A stretch of DNA of 64,000 nucleotides. Source: the human T2T-CHM13v2.0 reference genome, Homo sapiens. The translations under genes and the position numbers were made by a program. Below are positions 13,851 to 30,350 of this stretch, one piece after another. Within the stretch, counting starts at the first letter, position 1; each line of letters opens with the position of its first letter. The DNA is taken from the NCBI RefSeq assembly GCF_009914755.1, contig NC_060929.1; one strand, written 5' to 3'. Below the pieces are notes generated by a model that had not been told where the DNA came from, did no database searches, and was given only the letters and a program-made list of their open reading frames with translations.

Positions 13851-15747
13851 TTGTGGTGTCTTTAGAGTGTTTTACATATAAGATCATGTCATCTGCAAAA
13901 ACAGATTATTTTACTTCTTTTCAATTTAGACGCTTTTATTTTTTTGTTGCCTAATTGCTGTGACTAGGACTATGCTGAATAAAAGTATTCAGCATACTTC
14001 CTGATCTTAGAGGAAAAGCTTTCAGTTTTTTACTACTGAGTATGATGTTAGCTATGGGCTTCTCATATACAGTCTTTATTATGTTGAGGTAATTGCCTTC
14101 TGTTCCTAGTTTGAGAGTTTTCATCATAAAAGATGTTGAATTTTGTCAAATCATTTTGCTGCATCTACTGAAATTATCGTGTAATTGTTACCCTTCATTC
14201 TGTTAATGTAGTGTATCACTTTAGTTGATTTTTGTATTTGGAACCATCCTTGCATTCCAGAGATAAACGCCACCTGGTCATGGTGTATGATCCTTTTAAT
14301 ATAGAGATGAATTTCAATTGCTAGTATTTTGTTGAGGATTTTTACATCTATGTTCATCAGGGATATTGTCTTACAGTTGTCTTTGCTTGTAGTATTTACC
14401 TCGCTTTAGTATGAGGGTAATGCTGGCCTTAAAGAATTAGTTTGAAAGTGTCTTCTCCTCTTTAATTTTTTAGAAGAGTTTAAGAATTAGAATTAAATAC
14501 TCTTTAAATGTTTGGTAGAATTCACCAGTGAAGCCATCTGGTCCTGGATTTTCTTTGTTGGAAGGTTTTTGATTGCTGGTTCAATCTCCTTACTAGTTAT
14601 AGGTCTGTCCAGATTTCATATTTCTTCATGACATAGGTTATATGTTTCTAGGAATTTCTTCTTTCCTTCTAGGTTATTCAATTTATTGTCCTATAATTGG
14701 GCATGGTAGTCTCATGATTATTTTTGTTTCTGTGGCATCAGGTATAATGTCTCATCTTGCACTTTGAATTTTATTGAGTCTTCTTTTCTTAATCTAACTA
14801 AAAGTTTGTCAAACTTGTCTTTTCAAAAAACCAACTCTCAGTTTCACTGATTTCTTTCTATTTTTTTCAATTTTCTGTTCCATTTATTTCTGCTCTAAAT
14901 TTTATTTCCTTCTATCTGATAATTTTTGGCTGTTCATTCTTTTTTTCTAGTTCCTTGAGGTGTAACATTAGCTTATTTGAAATTTTTCTTTTTAAATTTA
15001 GTTATTGTTATAAAATTCCCTCAGTACTGCTTTTGCTATATCCCACGTTTTAATATATTGTGCTTTCATCCGAAGATATTTTCTAATTTCCCTTTTGATT
15101 TCTTCTTTGACTCACTGGTTATTCAAGAGTATGTTAAATTTCCACATATTTGTGAATTTTCCAGTATTCCTTCTGCTACTGATTTCTAGTTTTGTTCCAT
15201 TATGGTCAGAAAAGATACTTGGTATGTTTTCAGTCTTCCATTTGTTAAGACTTGTTTTGTGACATAATGTGATCTATTATGGAGAATGTCCTATCTGTGC
15301 ATGAGAGAAATATATATTCTGCCACTGTCAGGTAGAATGTTTTGTATACATGTTAGGTCCATGTTGTCTATAGCGCTGTTCAAGTCTGCTGTTTGCTTAC
15401 CTGTTTTCTGTCTGAATGTTCTATCCATTGTTAAAAGTGGGTTATACTGAATTATCCCACAATTATTGTATTACTATTTTTCCCTTCAGTTCTGTCAATG
15501 TCTGTTTTATATATTTAGATGCTGATGTTGGGTGCATACATATTTATAACTGTATATCTTCCTGGTGAATTGACCCTTTTATTATTATTTTTGTTCTTCT
15601 TTGTCTCTCATGACTGTTTTTGATTTAAAGTCTATCTTGTCTGACATAAATATAGCCACCCTCCTCTCTTTTGGTTACCATTTGTATGGAATATCTTTTT
15701 CCATCTCTCCATTTTTAGTGTATGTATCCTTAAATCTAAAGAGGATC

Positions 15748-16071
<324 letters not shown>

Positions 16072-17407
16072 TCACATCATTAGGTCTTGTTCTTTTATCC
16101 ATTCAGTCACTCTGTGTTTTGATTGGGAAGTTTAACTTATTTAAAGTAATTATTGATAGGTAAGGACTTAACTATTGTCATTTCACTAATTGTTTCTGTC
16201 TTGTAATTCTTTTGTCCCTTTTTCCTTTAGTGCTGCCTTTGTGTTCCACTGCTTTTTGTATATATCGATAATGCTTTTCTTTTTCTTCTTTTGTGATTCT
16301 TCCATAGGAATTTTGTTTGTGTTGACCATCGGGCTTACGTAAAATCTTCTATAGTTGTTAACAGTCTAAGCTGATAACTTAATTTCAATTGCATACAAAA
16401 ACTACACTTATACTTCTCCCCCTCCTGCACTTTATTCATGTCACAATTTATATATTTTATGTTGTATTATTAACATCTTCAGTTAGTTTTTAACGTTTTT
16501 ATCTTTTAACTCGTATACCAGAACTAAAAGTGATTTAATTCTGGTATACTACTATAACAGTATTACTGTATTCTGTACAGTATTACAATTACTATTACAT
16601 TACTATTGTAATAGTATACTATAAATAATTAGTGAGCTTGAGGACAGGTCATTTTTAAAGACTCCAAAAGCAATTGCAACAAAAACAAAAATTGACAAAT
16701 GGGACCTAATTAAACTGAAGAGCTTAATAGTAAACTACTATTACAATATTACTGTATTCTGTATTTATCTATATATTTATCTTTACCAATGAGTCTTATA
16801 CTTTCATGTTACTGTTTAGCATCCTTGAGTTTCAACTTAAATAATTCCTTTCAGCATTACTTGTTAGGCAGGTCTAGTCATGGTAAATTCCCTCTGCTTT
16901 TGTTTGTCTGGGAAACTCCTTGTCTCTCCATTTTTGAAAGACAGTTTTCCTGGGTGTACTGTTGTTGGTTGATAATTTTTCTTTCAGCACTTTGAATATA
17001 TCATCCCATTCTCTCTGATCTGTAAGGTTTCTGCTGAGAAATCCACTCATAGTTTTATGGGGGCTCCCCTGTACATGTCAAGTCACTTTTTACTTGCTGC
17101 TTTCAAAACTGTCTTTGTATATGACTTTTGACAACTCATTTATACTGTTTCTCAGTGTGGATTTCTTGGCTTCCTTCTACTTGGGTCCCTTGGGCTTCCT
17201 GGATCTAAATGTCCATTTCATTCCCCAGATTTGGGATGATTTTAGCCACTATTTCTTCAAATACACTTTCTAGTCCTTTCTCTCTTCTTCTCTGGGACTC
17301 CCATAATGCAAATGTTGGTCTGCTTGATAGTGGCTCACAAGTCTCTTAGGATTTCTTCAATCTTTTCATTCTTTTTTCTTCACTAATGGCATAATGCTAA
17401 ATGACCT

Positions 17408-18430
17408 TTATTTTTCTTCCAATTTTTATTTTAGATATAGGGGGTACAGATGCACATTTGTTACATGGGAAAACTGTGTGTCACTGGGGCTTGGTGTACA
17501 AATGGATTTTGTCACCCAGATAGTGAGCATAGTATCCAATGGGTAGCTTTTCAATCTTCACCCTCTTCCCACCCTCCAACCTCAAGTAAGCCCCAGTGTC
17601 TACTGTTCCCTTCTTTGTGTCCATGTGTACTCAATGTTTAGTTCCCACTTATGAGAACATATGGTATTTGGTTTTCTGTTCCTGCATTAATTTGCTTAGG
17701 ATAACGGTCTCTAGCTGCATCCATGCTGATGCAAAAGATATGATTTCATTCTTTTTTATTTCTGTGTAGTATTCCATGGTGTACGTGTACTACACTTTCT
17801 TTATCCAGTCTACCACTGATGGGCATTTAGGTTGATTCCACGTCTCTGCTATTGTGAAAATAGCTGCAACAAACATATGTGTTCATGTGTCTTTATAGAA
17901 TGATTCCTTTGGAAATATATCCAGTAATAGGATTGTTGGGTCAAATGATAGTTCTAGGTTCTTTGAGAAATCTGCAAACTTCTTTCCACATTGGCCAAAC
18001 TAATTTACATTCCCATTCCTCCTGTGTACCAGCAGTGTATAAGCTTTCCCTTTTCTCTACAATCTCACAAACACATTATTTTTTGACTTTTTAATAATAG
18101 CCACCTTGACTGGTATGCAATGCTATCTCATTGTGGTTTTGATTTGCATTTCTCTAATGAGAAGAAGACATACTTCTTTAGTCTTCTTTATATTCATGTC
18201 CTCTGCCCATTTTTTAATAGGATCGTTTTTTTGCTTGCTGATTTAAATTTCTTATAGATTCTGGATATTAGATCTTTGTTGGATGCATAGTTTGCAAATA
18301 TTTTCTCCCATTCTGTAGGTTGTCTGTTTACTGTGTTGATAGTTTATTTTGCTGTGCAGAAGCTCTTCAGTTTAATTAGGTCCCATTTGTCAATTTTTGT
18401 TTTTCTTGCAATTGCTTTTGGAGTCTTTAA
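17408..18430 (-). mobile_element. 5'-truncated younger L1 (L1PA16/L1PB age) nested in the L1MA
   Basis: 3' end ttttattttagatatagggggtaca...; TSD aaatgacct at 17399-17407 and 18431-18439. Confidence 0.8.
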
Positions 18431-18504
18431 AAATGACCTGTCCTCAAGCTCACTAATTCTTTATTCTTCTTGAGCTAGTGTGCTGTTATATTGCTCTACT
18501 GAAT

Positions 18505-18677
18505 TTTTCTTTTATTCTTTTTTATTTTTTTTAGAGCAGTCTTGCTCTGTCATCCAGGCTGGAGTGCAGTAGCATAATCATAGCTCACTGTAACATCAAA
18601 CTCCTTGGCTCAAGTGATCCTCCCACCTCAGCCTCCTAAAGCATTGGGATTATAGGCATGAGCCACTGTGCCTGGCC
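18505..18677 (-). mobile_element. Alu monomer (FAM/FRAM-like)
   Basis: Single ~170-bp antisense Alu arm. Confidence 0.8.
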
Positions 18678-20117
18678 TCAGTTCAGTGATAGTATTCTTC
18701 AGCTCCAAAAATTCCTATTTTGTTCTTTTTAAAACTTCCTTTTTGTTGAAATTCTTATTTGGTTCATGTATTGTTCTCAACTTGTTGAGCATCTTTTTAA
18801 TGATTATTTTGAATTAGTTGTCAGACAATTTGTATATCTCCATTTCATTGGGGTCAGTTTCTGGGGATTTATCTTGTTCCTTTGTTTCGACCATGTTTCC
18901 CTGCTTCTTAATTTTCCTTGACAATTTTACTTGTATCAGCATCTACGCATTAGAAAATAACAGCCACTTCTCCCAGTCTGGCATTGTACAGAAGACCCTT
19001 ATGAATAAGCCTACCCAGGGATCTCTCAAATCTTTGTGCTAGTCCAAACCACCGTCTTTGTTGTTATCAGCCTCCAGGCATTTACAATATGTCAGATCTT
19101 GTCAACATTGTAAGACAGGTGTGACAGAAGGTAGTCCCAAGAACATCCCTTGAAAAGTTGGAACATTGGACACAAAGTCCAACTCTTTCTCTCCCGAGGG
19201 AGAAGCTGGAATCTTTTTTTTTCCCCCACTCACTCTGCACTGAGCTAGGTGGAGAGCCTATGGCAAATGTTTGTGTCCTAGACCAAATTGTCATCTTTGT
19301 TCTCAGCAGTCACCAATCACCTTGGGTATGTTGGGTCCTATCAGCACTCTGAGACAGGCAAGACCGAAATCAGTTCCCTCAGGCATCCCTCAGAGAATTC
19401 AGAACACTGGATGTATTGTCAAGTCCCTTATCTTGCTCTTCCCCTCAGGGAGAAGCTGAAAACTGTGGTATGGGTTTCCTCTCAACTGTATGATGCTGTG
19501 CTAGGAGTAGGAATTATGGTGAGGATGTCTCAAATTTTCCTACTGGCTTTGATGTGGCTGGCCCCATGCTTGCCAGGATGCAGGCGCCTGTCGACTATTT
19601 TCTGAATTTTTCACAAAGGGAACTGGTCCATATATTGCTGTTGAATTGGTGTGTCCATAAGGAGTAGGCAGATCCATGGCTTCCTGTTTCAACATCTTGC
19701 TGACACCATTCTCACATTTTGTTTTGTTTTGATATCTCTTTTTAATGTTAGAGGCTTTCCTCAGAAGTCTGGTGATCCTTGGCTCTCTGTTCATATTTAG
19801 AAGTGGGTCCTAAAAGGCTAAGTGGTATCCCTATGGCCTAGGTGGGGCTTGTCACATAGTTGGCTTCACTGTAGGGTCTTCCACCTGGTCAGTTTCATTG
19901 AGGACTCCTGGGGTCAGTATCTTTAGATATTTTCTTCTGGGGTACTCAGTTCCTGAGAAAATAATCTTCCATTTTCTCAGCAGAAGGTTCAAGTCTGGGA
20001 AGCTGACAAGAAAAATGGGCTGCTGGGGTGGGGTGGAAATAAGCATTGGGTGAGCAGATCCCATAATTTAGGATGTACACTTTTACTTAATTCCCTCTTC
20101 CAAATTCAGTACATTAT

Positions 20118-20560
20118 CTGCAGCAGTCTGCTTTGGCTGTTTAATAAACAACCACAAAATCTCAGTGGCACAAAGTGAGAAGCATTTATTTTTTGTTTCC
20201 ATGTCTATTAGTTGGCTCAGGTAACTCAGATTACAGATCTGCAGATCAGCTGGGGCAGCTCTCTGAAGTGAGCTGGTTGCCTAGACTGCTCCACTCTGTA
20301 ACTCTCATTCTGGGGTTCCACGAGAGAGGCAGAAGCTAATTAGGGTCCATTCTCATGATAATGCCAAAAGTGCAAGAAGACAAGCTCAACCATTTAAGCA
20401 ATTTGAAAGCTTTTCTTAAATTGTGTTTGTTGCAGAAAGCAAGTGACATGGCCAATCCCAAAGCCAGAGAGTGGAAAAGAATACTCCACCCATTACGAGG
20501 GTATGAATATAATACTACAGAGAAACGAATAATTGGGACTGACATTTCAAAATACCACAG
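20118..20560 (-). mobile_element. MLT1-type LTR relic
   Basis: taaacaaccacaaaatctcagtggc and caagtgacatggccaatcccaaag motifs. Confidence 0.5.
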
Positions 20561-21396
20561 TATCCCTGCTATTAAAAGGACCTAGTATTCTCCAGTCTAG
20601 AGTCCCTGTTTCAAAATATTCTAAAGAATACATCTCCAGGCTCCCTTTGAGCAGGAAAGGAGCAGTTAACCACATCTTTCATGTTTTTGACATCTATTTA
20701 CAAGCATTTGGCACAACCAAATTATGAGCTTTTCTGTGACACTATAGTGCAAATTGGCTTGTTTCTGGGGTATTCACATTGTTGGTTTAGGACTCCGCTT
20801 TCTTAGGTCTGCTGTATCAGATCACCTGATTAACCTTCCAAACTTTGTACTTTCTTTTTTTCAATTATCTTTGTCCTTATGAGCGTATTACTTTAAAGAA
20901 AAAGCTGTTTTCTGCCATTGCAAGATTGTAGAGTAAGGCATGTATTTGATCTGCCATCATTAACCAAAGGTTATATTTATATGTATAATAAATGTAAATA
21001 ACTCTTAATTTGTGGAGAAAATTCAAGCAGGGACTTGGCCTAGCTAACATTTAAGTTATTTGCTGAAAAGTAAGATAAGTACAGGAAAAAAAAGATAACA
21101 CATGGTTCAAGAGAACAAGTATACATTCATTAGGTGCAAAATTGATTAATAATTGGATGTGTATTACATATAAATGCTAAATGACATTTCTTCATCCTTC
21201 CTTGATCTGAGGGCTTTTGCTCTATTAGTCCTATGTGACTGGGAATGAAACACAACGGGTAATGGTCAGGGAAGTGAGGTGTTGGTGAGGAAGAGGAGTA
21301 TGCCTTCTCGAAAGGGACGTTTATTCATTGGAGGATTTGTGGACAAAAGAATAATTTCTATAGTAGAGCAATTTAAGGTTGGAATTACTTTCTCAC

Positions 21397-21525
21397 CTAA
21401 ATAATCTGATTTTCTGAACAGTTCAGGTGATGGAAAGCTCTCTTCAAAACTCTTGTATTCTGCATAAGAGTCTGTGACTGAATAGCTCAGAAGAGAACTG
21501 GCCATACCATGGTGCAAACTTAATC
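21397..21525 (-). CDS. MEIKIN: MEIKIN coding exon 5 (GLSLHHGMASSLLSYSVTDSYAEYKSFEESFPSPELFRKSDYL), includes the SPELFR ExxR motif
   Basis: Inside ORF 21266..21574; acceptor ttctacag|GA, donor TAG|GTGAGA; 129 nt, phase 1 to 1. Confidence 0.94.
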
Positions 21526-21824
21526 CTGTAGAATAAAGGAAAAAAAAATTGATAAATCTTTTGATACAAAACAATGTGAAATCCTAAAAATTGAAATGTA
21601 TGGAAATGTACATGCTTAGTTATATATTATTACTAGAACATAAGACTGCTTCTACATACAACTAAAAAGGCATAATATTTTAAACTATTTTAATTTGATC
21701 TTGGACAATCATTCTATTTTTGATGGTGATAAATTTGTTATAATCCCCTTTTGTTGTTTTTCAAAGTTTTACAACTTACTCCTTTTCTCTAGTTTGGTTC
21801 AGTTGTGATTCTTGGCTCAAAAAT

Positions 21825-22145
<321 letters not shown>

Positions 22146-22279
22146 AAATTTAAGTTTTATATATAAGTAACCCATTAATTGTAAGCTAACTAGCTGAGGA
22201 AAGGGTGATTCTAGTTATTTCATCTAAAAAACAATGAGCCTACACATACACAAATATATTAAAGGAATTTAATAAGAGA

Positions 22280-23270
<991 letters not shown>

Positions 23271-24477
23271 CTTCCCAGACTCAGCAGTCTTAAAGTCATT
23301 CCTATGGGAGTGGACTAGAATGAAGAACTGTCCAATAAATGATGGTGACAGAACATAGTACTAAAAGTTGAGGAGAACCAGAGATTTGGTAAGAAAAGGG
23401 AAAATGTGCTCTGCTATATTTAGTCTACATTTATTAAACATTTCCAATATGACAAGATAGAGATCAACACTGATAGAAACTGGTTGCGGGGGTCGGGGGT
23501 GGTGAGTAAGAGATCAAAGGGGAGCATTGTTCTGAAAACCTATTATCTCCTGCCCTGGAACTAACTTACACCTATCTCTGCTCATCCATTACCTACTTGA
23601 GACAACTAACTCTTTGTCCTTCCTCCTAAGACCTCATCACAACTTTTTCTCCTATGCCAACTCCCTTGTTAAAAATGAGAATTGTTTTCTACCTGGCCAT
23701 CTTCTCCAGCTGCCACTGGAACACTTAAATTGACTGACTCAATCTACCATCCTTCTCCATATCCTCAACTGTCAGAGTAGTAGGCTTTCCCTCTGAGCAT
23801 CTTTTGCTTTCTCTTCTCCAACTGCCCTAGAGTGTCCTGTCCCTGTCCTTGCTAACTTTTATCCTTCTCACACTGTCTTCATCCTTCCCATCCACATATT
23901 GTATCTGTCTTGCCTTCCATTTCTCAAAATTTCATGAATACCCCTCATAGCTGAGCTATCCTTAACACCAAGCCCCAGAACTCAAGCCAGGCTCAGAAAT
24001 AAGGAAAGCCCACCATCTGGGTAGTTGAGTAGAAAAAATAATAAATGTTAATGCTGTATCAGTGGGAGGCTGTCCTGGTGTCACAAGTTAGAAATGTAAA
24101 TGCAATTAAAAAACATATTTTTATCAAATTGTTCATTGTTAAAATGACAAATAGTTCTACAAGGCTTATAGCAAAAACTGCAATCTCTTGTATCATATCT
24201 CCCCATCATAATTTTCTACTCGCTAGAGACAACTACTTTCAACTCTATTAATGATTTCTTTTGATAGGCACCTCCTTTACATTTCTAAATTAAATAAATT
24301 CAATGTTTCTATTATTATGACTATTCAAATATACTCGTAGCCAAGCCCTATACTGTGGGCCACATTCATCACCTTTTTGCTACAATTTCTTTTCCTTTGA
24401 GCTATTTATTACCTAATTTTAAAATTTGTTTTCTAAGTACTTATTAAGTATTAATACTAAGTACTATTTTGTTCCAA

Positions 24478-24753
24478 CTTTTTTTTCTTTCTTTTTGAGA
24501 CGGAGTCTCACTCTGTCACCCAGGCTGGAGTGTAGTGGCAGGATCTTGGGTCACTGCAACCTCCGCCTCCCAAGCTCAACCAATCCTCCCACCTCAGCCT
24601 CCTGAGTAGCTGGGATTACAGGTGCGTGCTGCTACGCCTGGCTACTTTTTCGTACTTTTAGTAGAGATGGTCTCGAACTCCTGACCTCAAGTAATCCTCC
24701 CACCTTGGCCTCCCATAGTACTGGTATTACAGGCATGAACCACAGCGCCCGGC
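24478..24753 (-). mobile_element. Alu with internal deletion
   Basis: TSD ttgttccaactttt; segment missing after gtagagatgg. Confidence 0.88.
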
Positions 24754-25199
24754 CTTGTTCCAACTTTTCCCAAGAGTATAAATTTCCTCTCAATACTTTT
24801 AAAAACACCAGGTTATCTATTTTTTATTTTCCTCCCTCTCTCCCTCTTCTTCTGTCTTTTCTTCTTTTTTAAAAAAGTATAGCTATTGGAGATCTCAATC
24901 CATTTGCTCAAATTTGGACTGTTTGTCCTCTATGCATCCTACACAGTTGTTTTCTTGGTATTTCCCTTTACCATTATCCTAAGAAATTCACATATTTCCT
25001 GTATTAGATAAGAGACTCTGATTCCTAGATCCCATGATTTCTTCCTTATTGATTTATTTCCTGGTTCACGAACATCTGCTTCATTTCTGAGAAAAGGTAC
25101 AAAGAATATGTGTCTAAAAATTCCTTTATCCTAACAACTGAGTGACAGTTTGGCTGGGTAAGAATTCTAGGTTAGTATATTTAAGAGACTGATTTAATT

Positions 25200-25550
25200 T
25201 TTTGATGTGTGACAGCTTTTAAACCTCACTGTTCCCTCTTCCCCTTCCCACCTCACCTCTGGGTGACAAGAGAGCCTTGGTGTTCCATCTTTTGGCAATG
25301 GTAGCAAGTTTAAACCATGCACAGGAAACCTCAACCTGGTCCAATCCTCTTAACATCATGAAAACTACAGGCCAGGTCTCCTTCCCCTGCATTCTCAAGT
25401 CATTTTCAGTCCTGCTTGGAGTCACCTTTCCCCCGAGAAAGGCTCGTTATATGAGTAATATACCTTTCCATACCTTCTTGGTGTGTGGATGGCATAATCA
25501 GTGTTGACATCCAGGACAACTTTTGAGTGGGAGTCCATTTTGACTCTGCA
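25200..25550 (+). mobile_element. ERVL LTR fragment (MER54/MER73/MER74-like)
   Basis: 3' motif atgagtaatatacctttccataccttcttggtgtgtg...gacatcc; family by recollection only. Confidence 0.45.
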
Positions 25551-26049
25551 AAATCAGTGTTCTTCAGAATTCTGAATACGTTTTTCTCTCCACCATGTTC
25601 TACCTTCTGGAGTTGTTCTTCAGAAGTCCAATGCCATTGATATTCTTGATCGCTTATTGCAACTGATTATTTTTTCTCTGGAAAACTAATAAATTTCTCT
25701 ATCCTGAGAATTTAAAAATTATATAATGTTGTAACTTGGTGTGGTTTTTTTTTCATTTATTGGGGTGAGCACAGTTTGCACCGTCCAAACTTGGCTCTCA
25801 GTATCTCTGTTCATACTATTCAGAATCTGAATGGCTCTTTCAGTAAATACACTCATGACCATTTTTAATTCTAGGAAAATTTCTAGCTTTGCGTGTTTAA
25901 TAATTTTCCTTCTGTTTACTCTATAATGTCTGAACTACTGTTTTTGAGATGTTAGAATCATTGGACTCATCTTCTAATTATTTTTCTTGTTAAAATAACA
26001 ACTTTATTGAGATATAATTCACATGCCATAGAACTCGCCCCTCACCCCC

Positions 26050-26351
26050 TTTTTTTTTTTTTTTTTTTGAGATGGAGTCTCGCTCTCTCACCTAGGCTAG
26101 AGTGCTATGGTATGATCTCAGCTCACTACAACCTCCACCTCCCAGGTTCAAGCAATTCTCCTGCCTCAAAAATTCCGAGTAGCTGAGATTAGAGGTGCAC
26201 ACCGCCATGCCCGGCTAATTTTTTGTATTTTAGTAGAGACAGGGTTTCACCGTGTTGCCCAGGCTGGTCTCGATCTCCTAGGCTCAGGCAATCCACCCGC
26301 CTCGGCCTCCCAAAGTGCTAGGATTACAGGGGTGAGCCACCGTGCCTGGCC
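26050..26351 (-). mobile_element. AluS
   Basis: Antisense Alu dimer with poly-T. Confidence 0.92.
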
Positions 26352-28991
26352 AAAACTCACCCTTTTAAAGTGTACAATCAGTGGTTTTTTTGTAGACTTA
26401 TGGAGTTGTGTCACCACTGATGCTATTTCTATCCTTTATCTTCTCTTTCATGTTTGTTCAACTTTTTGGAATATTTCCTTAAATTTATCATCCAATTCTA
26501 CAGAATGTTTTCTGATTTCATATTTTTATTTTTTAACAAATTTTTTTGTTCTGAACACTTTTTACAAGAGCCTGCACTTGTTTCATGGACATAACATTTT
26601 TCCATCATCCTGAGGATATTAATGAAACTGTGGCTTTTTAAAAGATTTTTCTTGTATTGTCATTGTCCTTCAAGTTTCTTTTATTTAGTAGCTGTTATTT
26701 TAAATGTTTACTTAAAATGTCTGCTAATTCTTGAATGTTCGAGAATGAAGTACCAAAATGGCATAATAACTTGGGCTTAGGAAGAAGTGGATTTTACTGA
26801 AGAGTATTTAGACAGGGACCAGGCCATATTACCAGAACGCACAAATTCCAGTCTTCTCCTGGGGACAGAAACTTCCAAAAGAGGAATCCTCTAATCTTCT
26901 AGTTGGAGTGTATTTGCCTGAGTGCATAAGGGGTCTGGGGATTTCACATCAAAATATACAGACTTTCACTTAATTCCCTTTCCTCCCCGGCCACTGCTAG
27001 TTTTCAGTACAGTATCCTTGAATCCAGTCCCTCTGCTTCAATGTCTTAGACTACCAGGGTGGGAAGAAGCATAGTTGCCTGGCCACAGTGTGTTAGGGAA
27101 AGGATCAAAGCATCTAACTGTTACTTTTGAAGATTCCAAAAAATCTTATTTTAAAGATTTCCTCCAGGAATATGTAATGCCTCTAATTCCTGAACCTTTA
27201 GCCTGAATCAGTTTGTTTCTTGGTTTGTCTCTACTCTAGACACCTAGTTTTCAGCTTTTTTTTTTTTTAAGATCTGTTAGGTCAATTATAATTCATTAAT
27301 CTACCTTCCACATTCCAAACTTTCATTAATTATCTGTTGTTAGCTGAGGTCTCTTCTTTTTGAACCTACAGCTTTACAACATTTTTATGCCTTTATTGAT
27401 ATTTTAGTAGGGTTTCAGAAAAGAGAAGTAAATGTGTATTCAATCTTCCACATTAAATATAAAATCCTTAATTAATTTTTCAACGTGTTATAAAGTTACT
27501 AGATTCCAAGGTAGAATTAAAACAATAAATCATATGTTAACTAAAATTCTGTGGGCTGCTCAAAACTTAGCCCATCACAGTATTTTATTATGGGAAAAAG
27601 TATTTCAGGTTTCAAATATCAATCAGCAAATGAACTCTCAGAATACAAGCAGTTTGTAAGTTAGAGACAACTAATTTTCTATTTCCTTATACCTTTCACG
27701 TGTCAACTTGATAAACCTAGTAATCAAGGACATTTCTCATATATTTAAACTATGATTTTAGAAAATGCTGATTATGATTAAATGGTATTTTCTCTAAATA
27801 GAGTACAAGACCCATCCAAAAGCATTTGAGACATTCGACAATTATTTGAACCTGTATTATCTTTGAAACTGTATTCCAAGCATGAGATAGGAAGATAAAA
27901 GATAGTGCTAATTCTCAATGGTTTTAGAGCCATTTTCCTCTTTTTGAAGAGTTAAAGACAGACGAAAACAATTACACTGTGGTTTTAAGTCTTTTGACAG
28001 AAGTATATAGAGTGCCACAGAACTACCAGGGTAGAACAAGTCACCTAGAAAAAGAGAAGTCAGAAGAGGCTTCCCAGGAGAAATAGCTGCTGAATTTATT
28101 TTTGAAAAAGTTAATAAGGCAAAGAAGGGAGAGGAAGAAGGAGAGAAAAGCATTTCCTGAGCACCTCCCATGTTCTTTTGCACTGCATTCTAGGAAATAT
28201 TCCTCTAGTCTATTTTCTAGCTCACTAATTTTAGTTGAATTAATTCCAATATTAGACTCCTCGGTTAAGTTTTAATTTGAAATAATATTTTTAGTTCCCA
28301 GGGACTATATTTTTTTTCATAGCAGCCTGCTATATTATGGATTCAGCGGCCTCTGGTATCTACAGATATTTAGTTTTGTGCCATTTCCTCAAATGTTAGT
28401 TCTGTTTGTTTCATTTGTTGCCTCTTTTCCATGGAACTGGTTTTCTTCAAAAGTTTGGATATTCCTGGTTGCTTTATTTGTGTCTCTGAGAATCTGTTTA
28501 TATGGCAGTAAGTAAAAATTCTGAAATAGTGGCTTGCTTCTGGAGATTTTGGAAGAGTGATGAGACATTCTGGGAACCTGTATTCTAGGTGGGGATGTCC
28601 TGTATTTTTTAGGTACTGTAGGTGACATGGGGGCACTGCCCTAACTGTCCGGCCAGTGTCCACACTGGAAGTCTGCTGTATCAGAAGTCTCACGGTTCAG
28701 AGAGCCATACTAACTTTATTATGGAGTTAACAAACATAAGAATTGACTACATCTTTTACTTTTTTCTTCCTCTGCTATCCTTGTAGCAATATGGAGTTAC
28801 TTCAGACTCTCCTCTGTTTATCAACTCAGCCCCAACATTGACCCTTAAGAGCCAGCCCCCCCGATAGTTCACTTTGCTTGTGAGTAATTATCAGGGTTTT
28901 CTCCTGGCAGCAGGCACTGGTAGCTGCCAGAGTTTCCAATATATTAGGGGATTATGAAAAAGGGACCAGATATTTCAAATGTAGTTCTTAA

Positions 28992-29438
<447 letters not shown>

Positions 29439-29539
29439 TGATATGTTCATCAATCTTGTCTCATTTGCTTTTAAGAATTCCTCTGTATTTCTGATGTGCT
29501 GGTGGCATCCTTGTTTTCAAAATAACTTTGATTATACCA

Positions 29540-30350
29540 ATATGTAGATGGCTCACAAATTTCTATCTCCAGCCTTTCATATCCAACTATCTGGTTGATA
29601 TTGCTACTTAGTCATCTTAAATGCACTCATAACTTAATATACTAAAAACTGAATTTCTAGTCTTTTCTTCAAACCAGTTTTTCTTTCAGTGAATGACACT
29701 ACCTTGTATCCAGTTACACAAGCCAGAAACAGTAGTCATCTTTGACACCTCCATCTCCTTCACTCTTCATTTGCCAAATCCTGTCTCATTACCTAAAATA
29801 GCCATCACATCACATCAGCACCCTTTTTTCCATCTCCAATGTCACCACCCTAGTAGAAGGCGCCATTATTTCTCCCCTAAACTACTTGAACAGCCTCTTA
29901 ACTGCACTCCTGATTCTTTCCAGTCCTTCTTCCACACTGCAGCTAAAGTGATCATATCATTCTCTATTAAAATGACTTCAATGACTTTTTGCTGCTCCAA
30001 ATATAAACATCAATATTTTTTATATGGACTACAAGGCTATGCAGGGCCTCAAACTGGTTGTCTAATCCTGTCTTACACTCACATATCCTCCTACTCTCTG
30101 TACTGCAGTCATACTGGCCTTCTTCAGTTACTCAATACATAATGCTCAGTCCCATGTTAGAGCTTCCCTCTGCCTGAATTTCTCTTTACTCATCTCTGCA
30201 TAGTTAATTTCTACTCTCCTTCAGATCTTAATTCAATTACCATTCCCTCATGGAAGTCTTCCCTAATTTCTCTAGGTAAACTCAATCACACTCAAGTCAA
30301 TCTCTTTTACAGTACTTATCACAAGTAATTTCACATTTACTGGCATGTGC
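29540..30350 (+). mobile_element. L2 LINE fragment
   Basis: ctcacaaatttctatctccagcc, ttccctctgcctgaat, ggaagtcttccct are typical L2 3' motifs. Confidence 0.7.

Noticed and set aside
14151-14357. ORF resembling reverse transcriptase
   Set aside because: Short remnant of L1 ORF2 in a decayed, interrupted L1MA; not an active element
29693-30142. 149-aa plus-strand ORF
   Set aside because: Lies within an L2 relic; no recognisable domain or splice context
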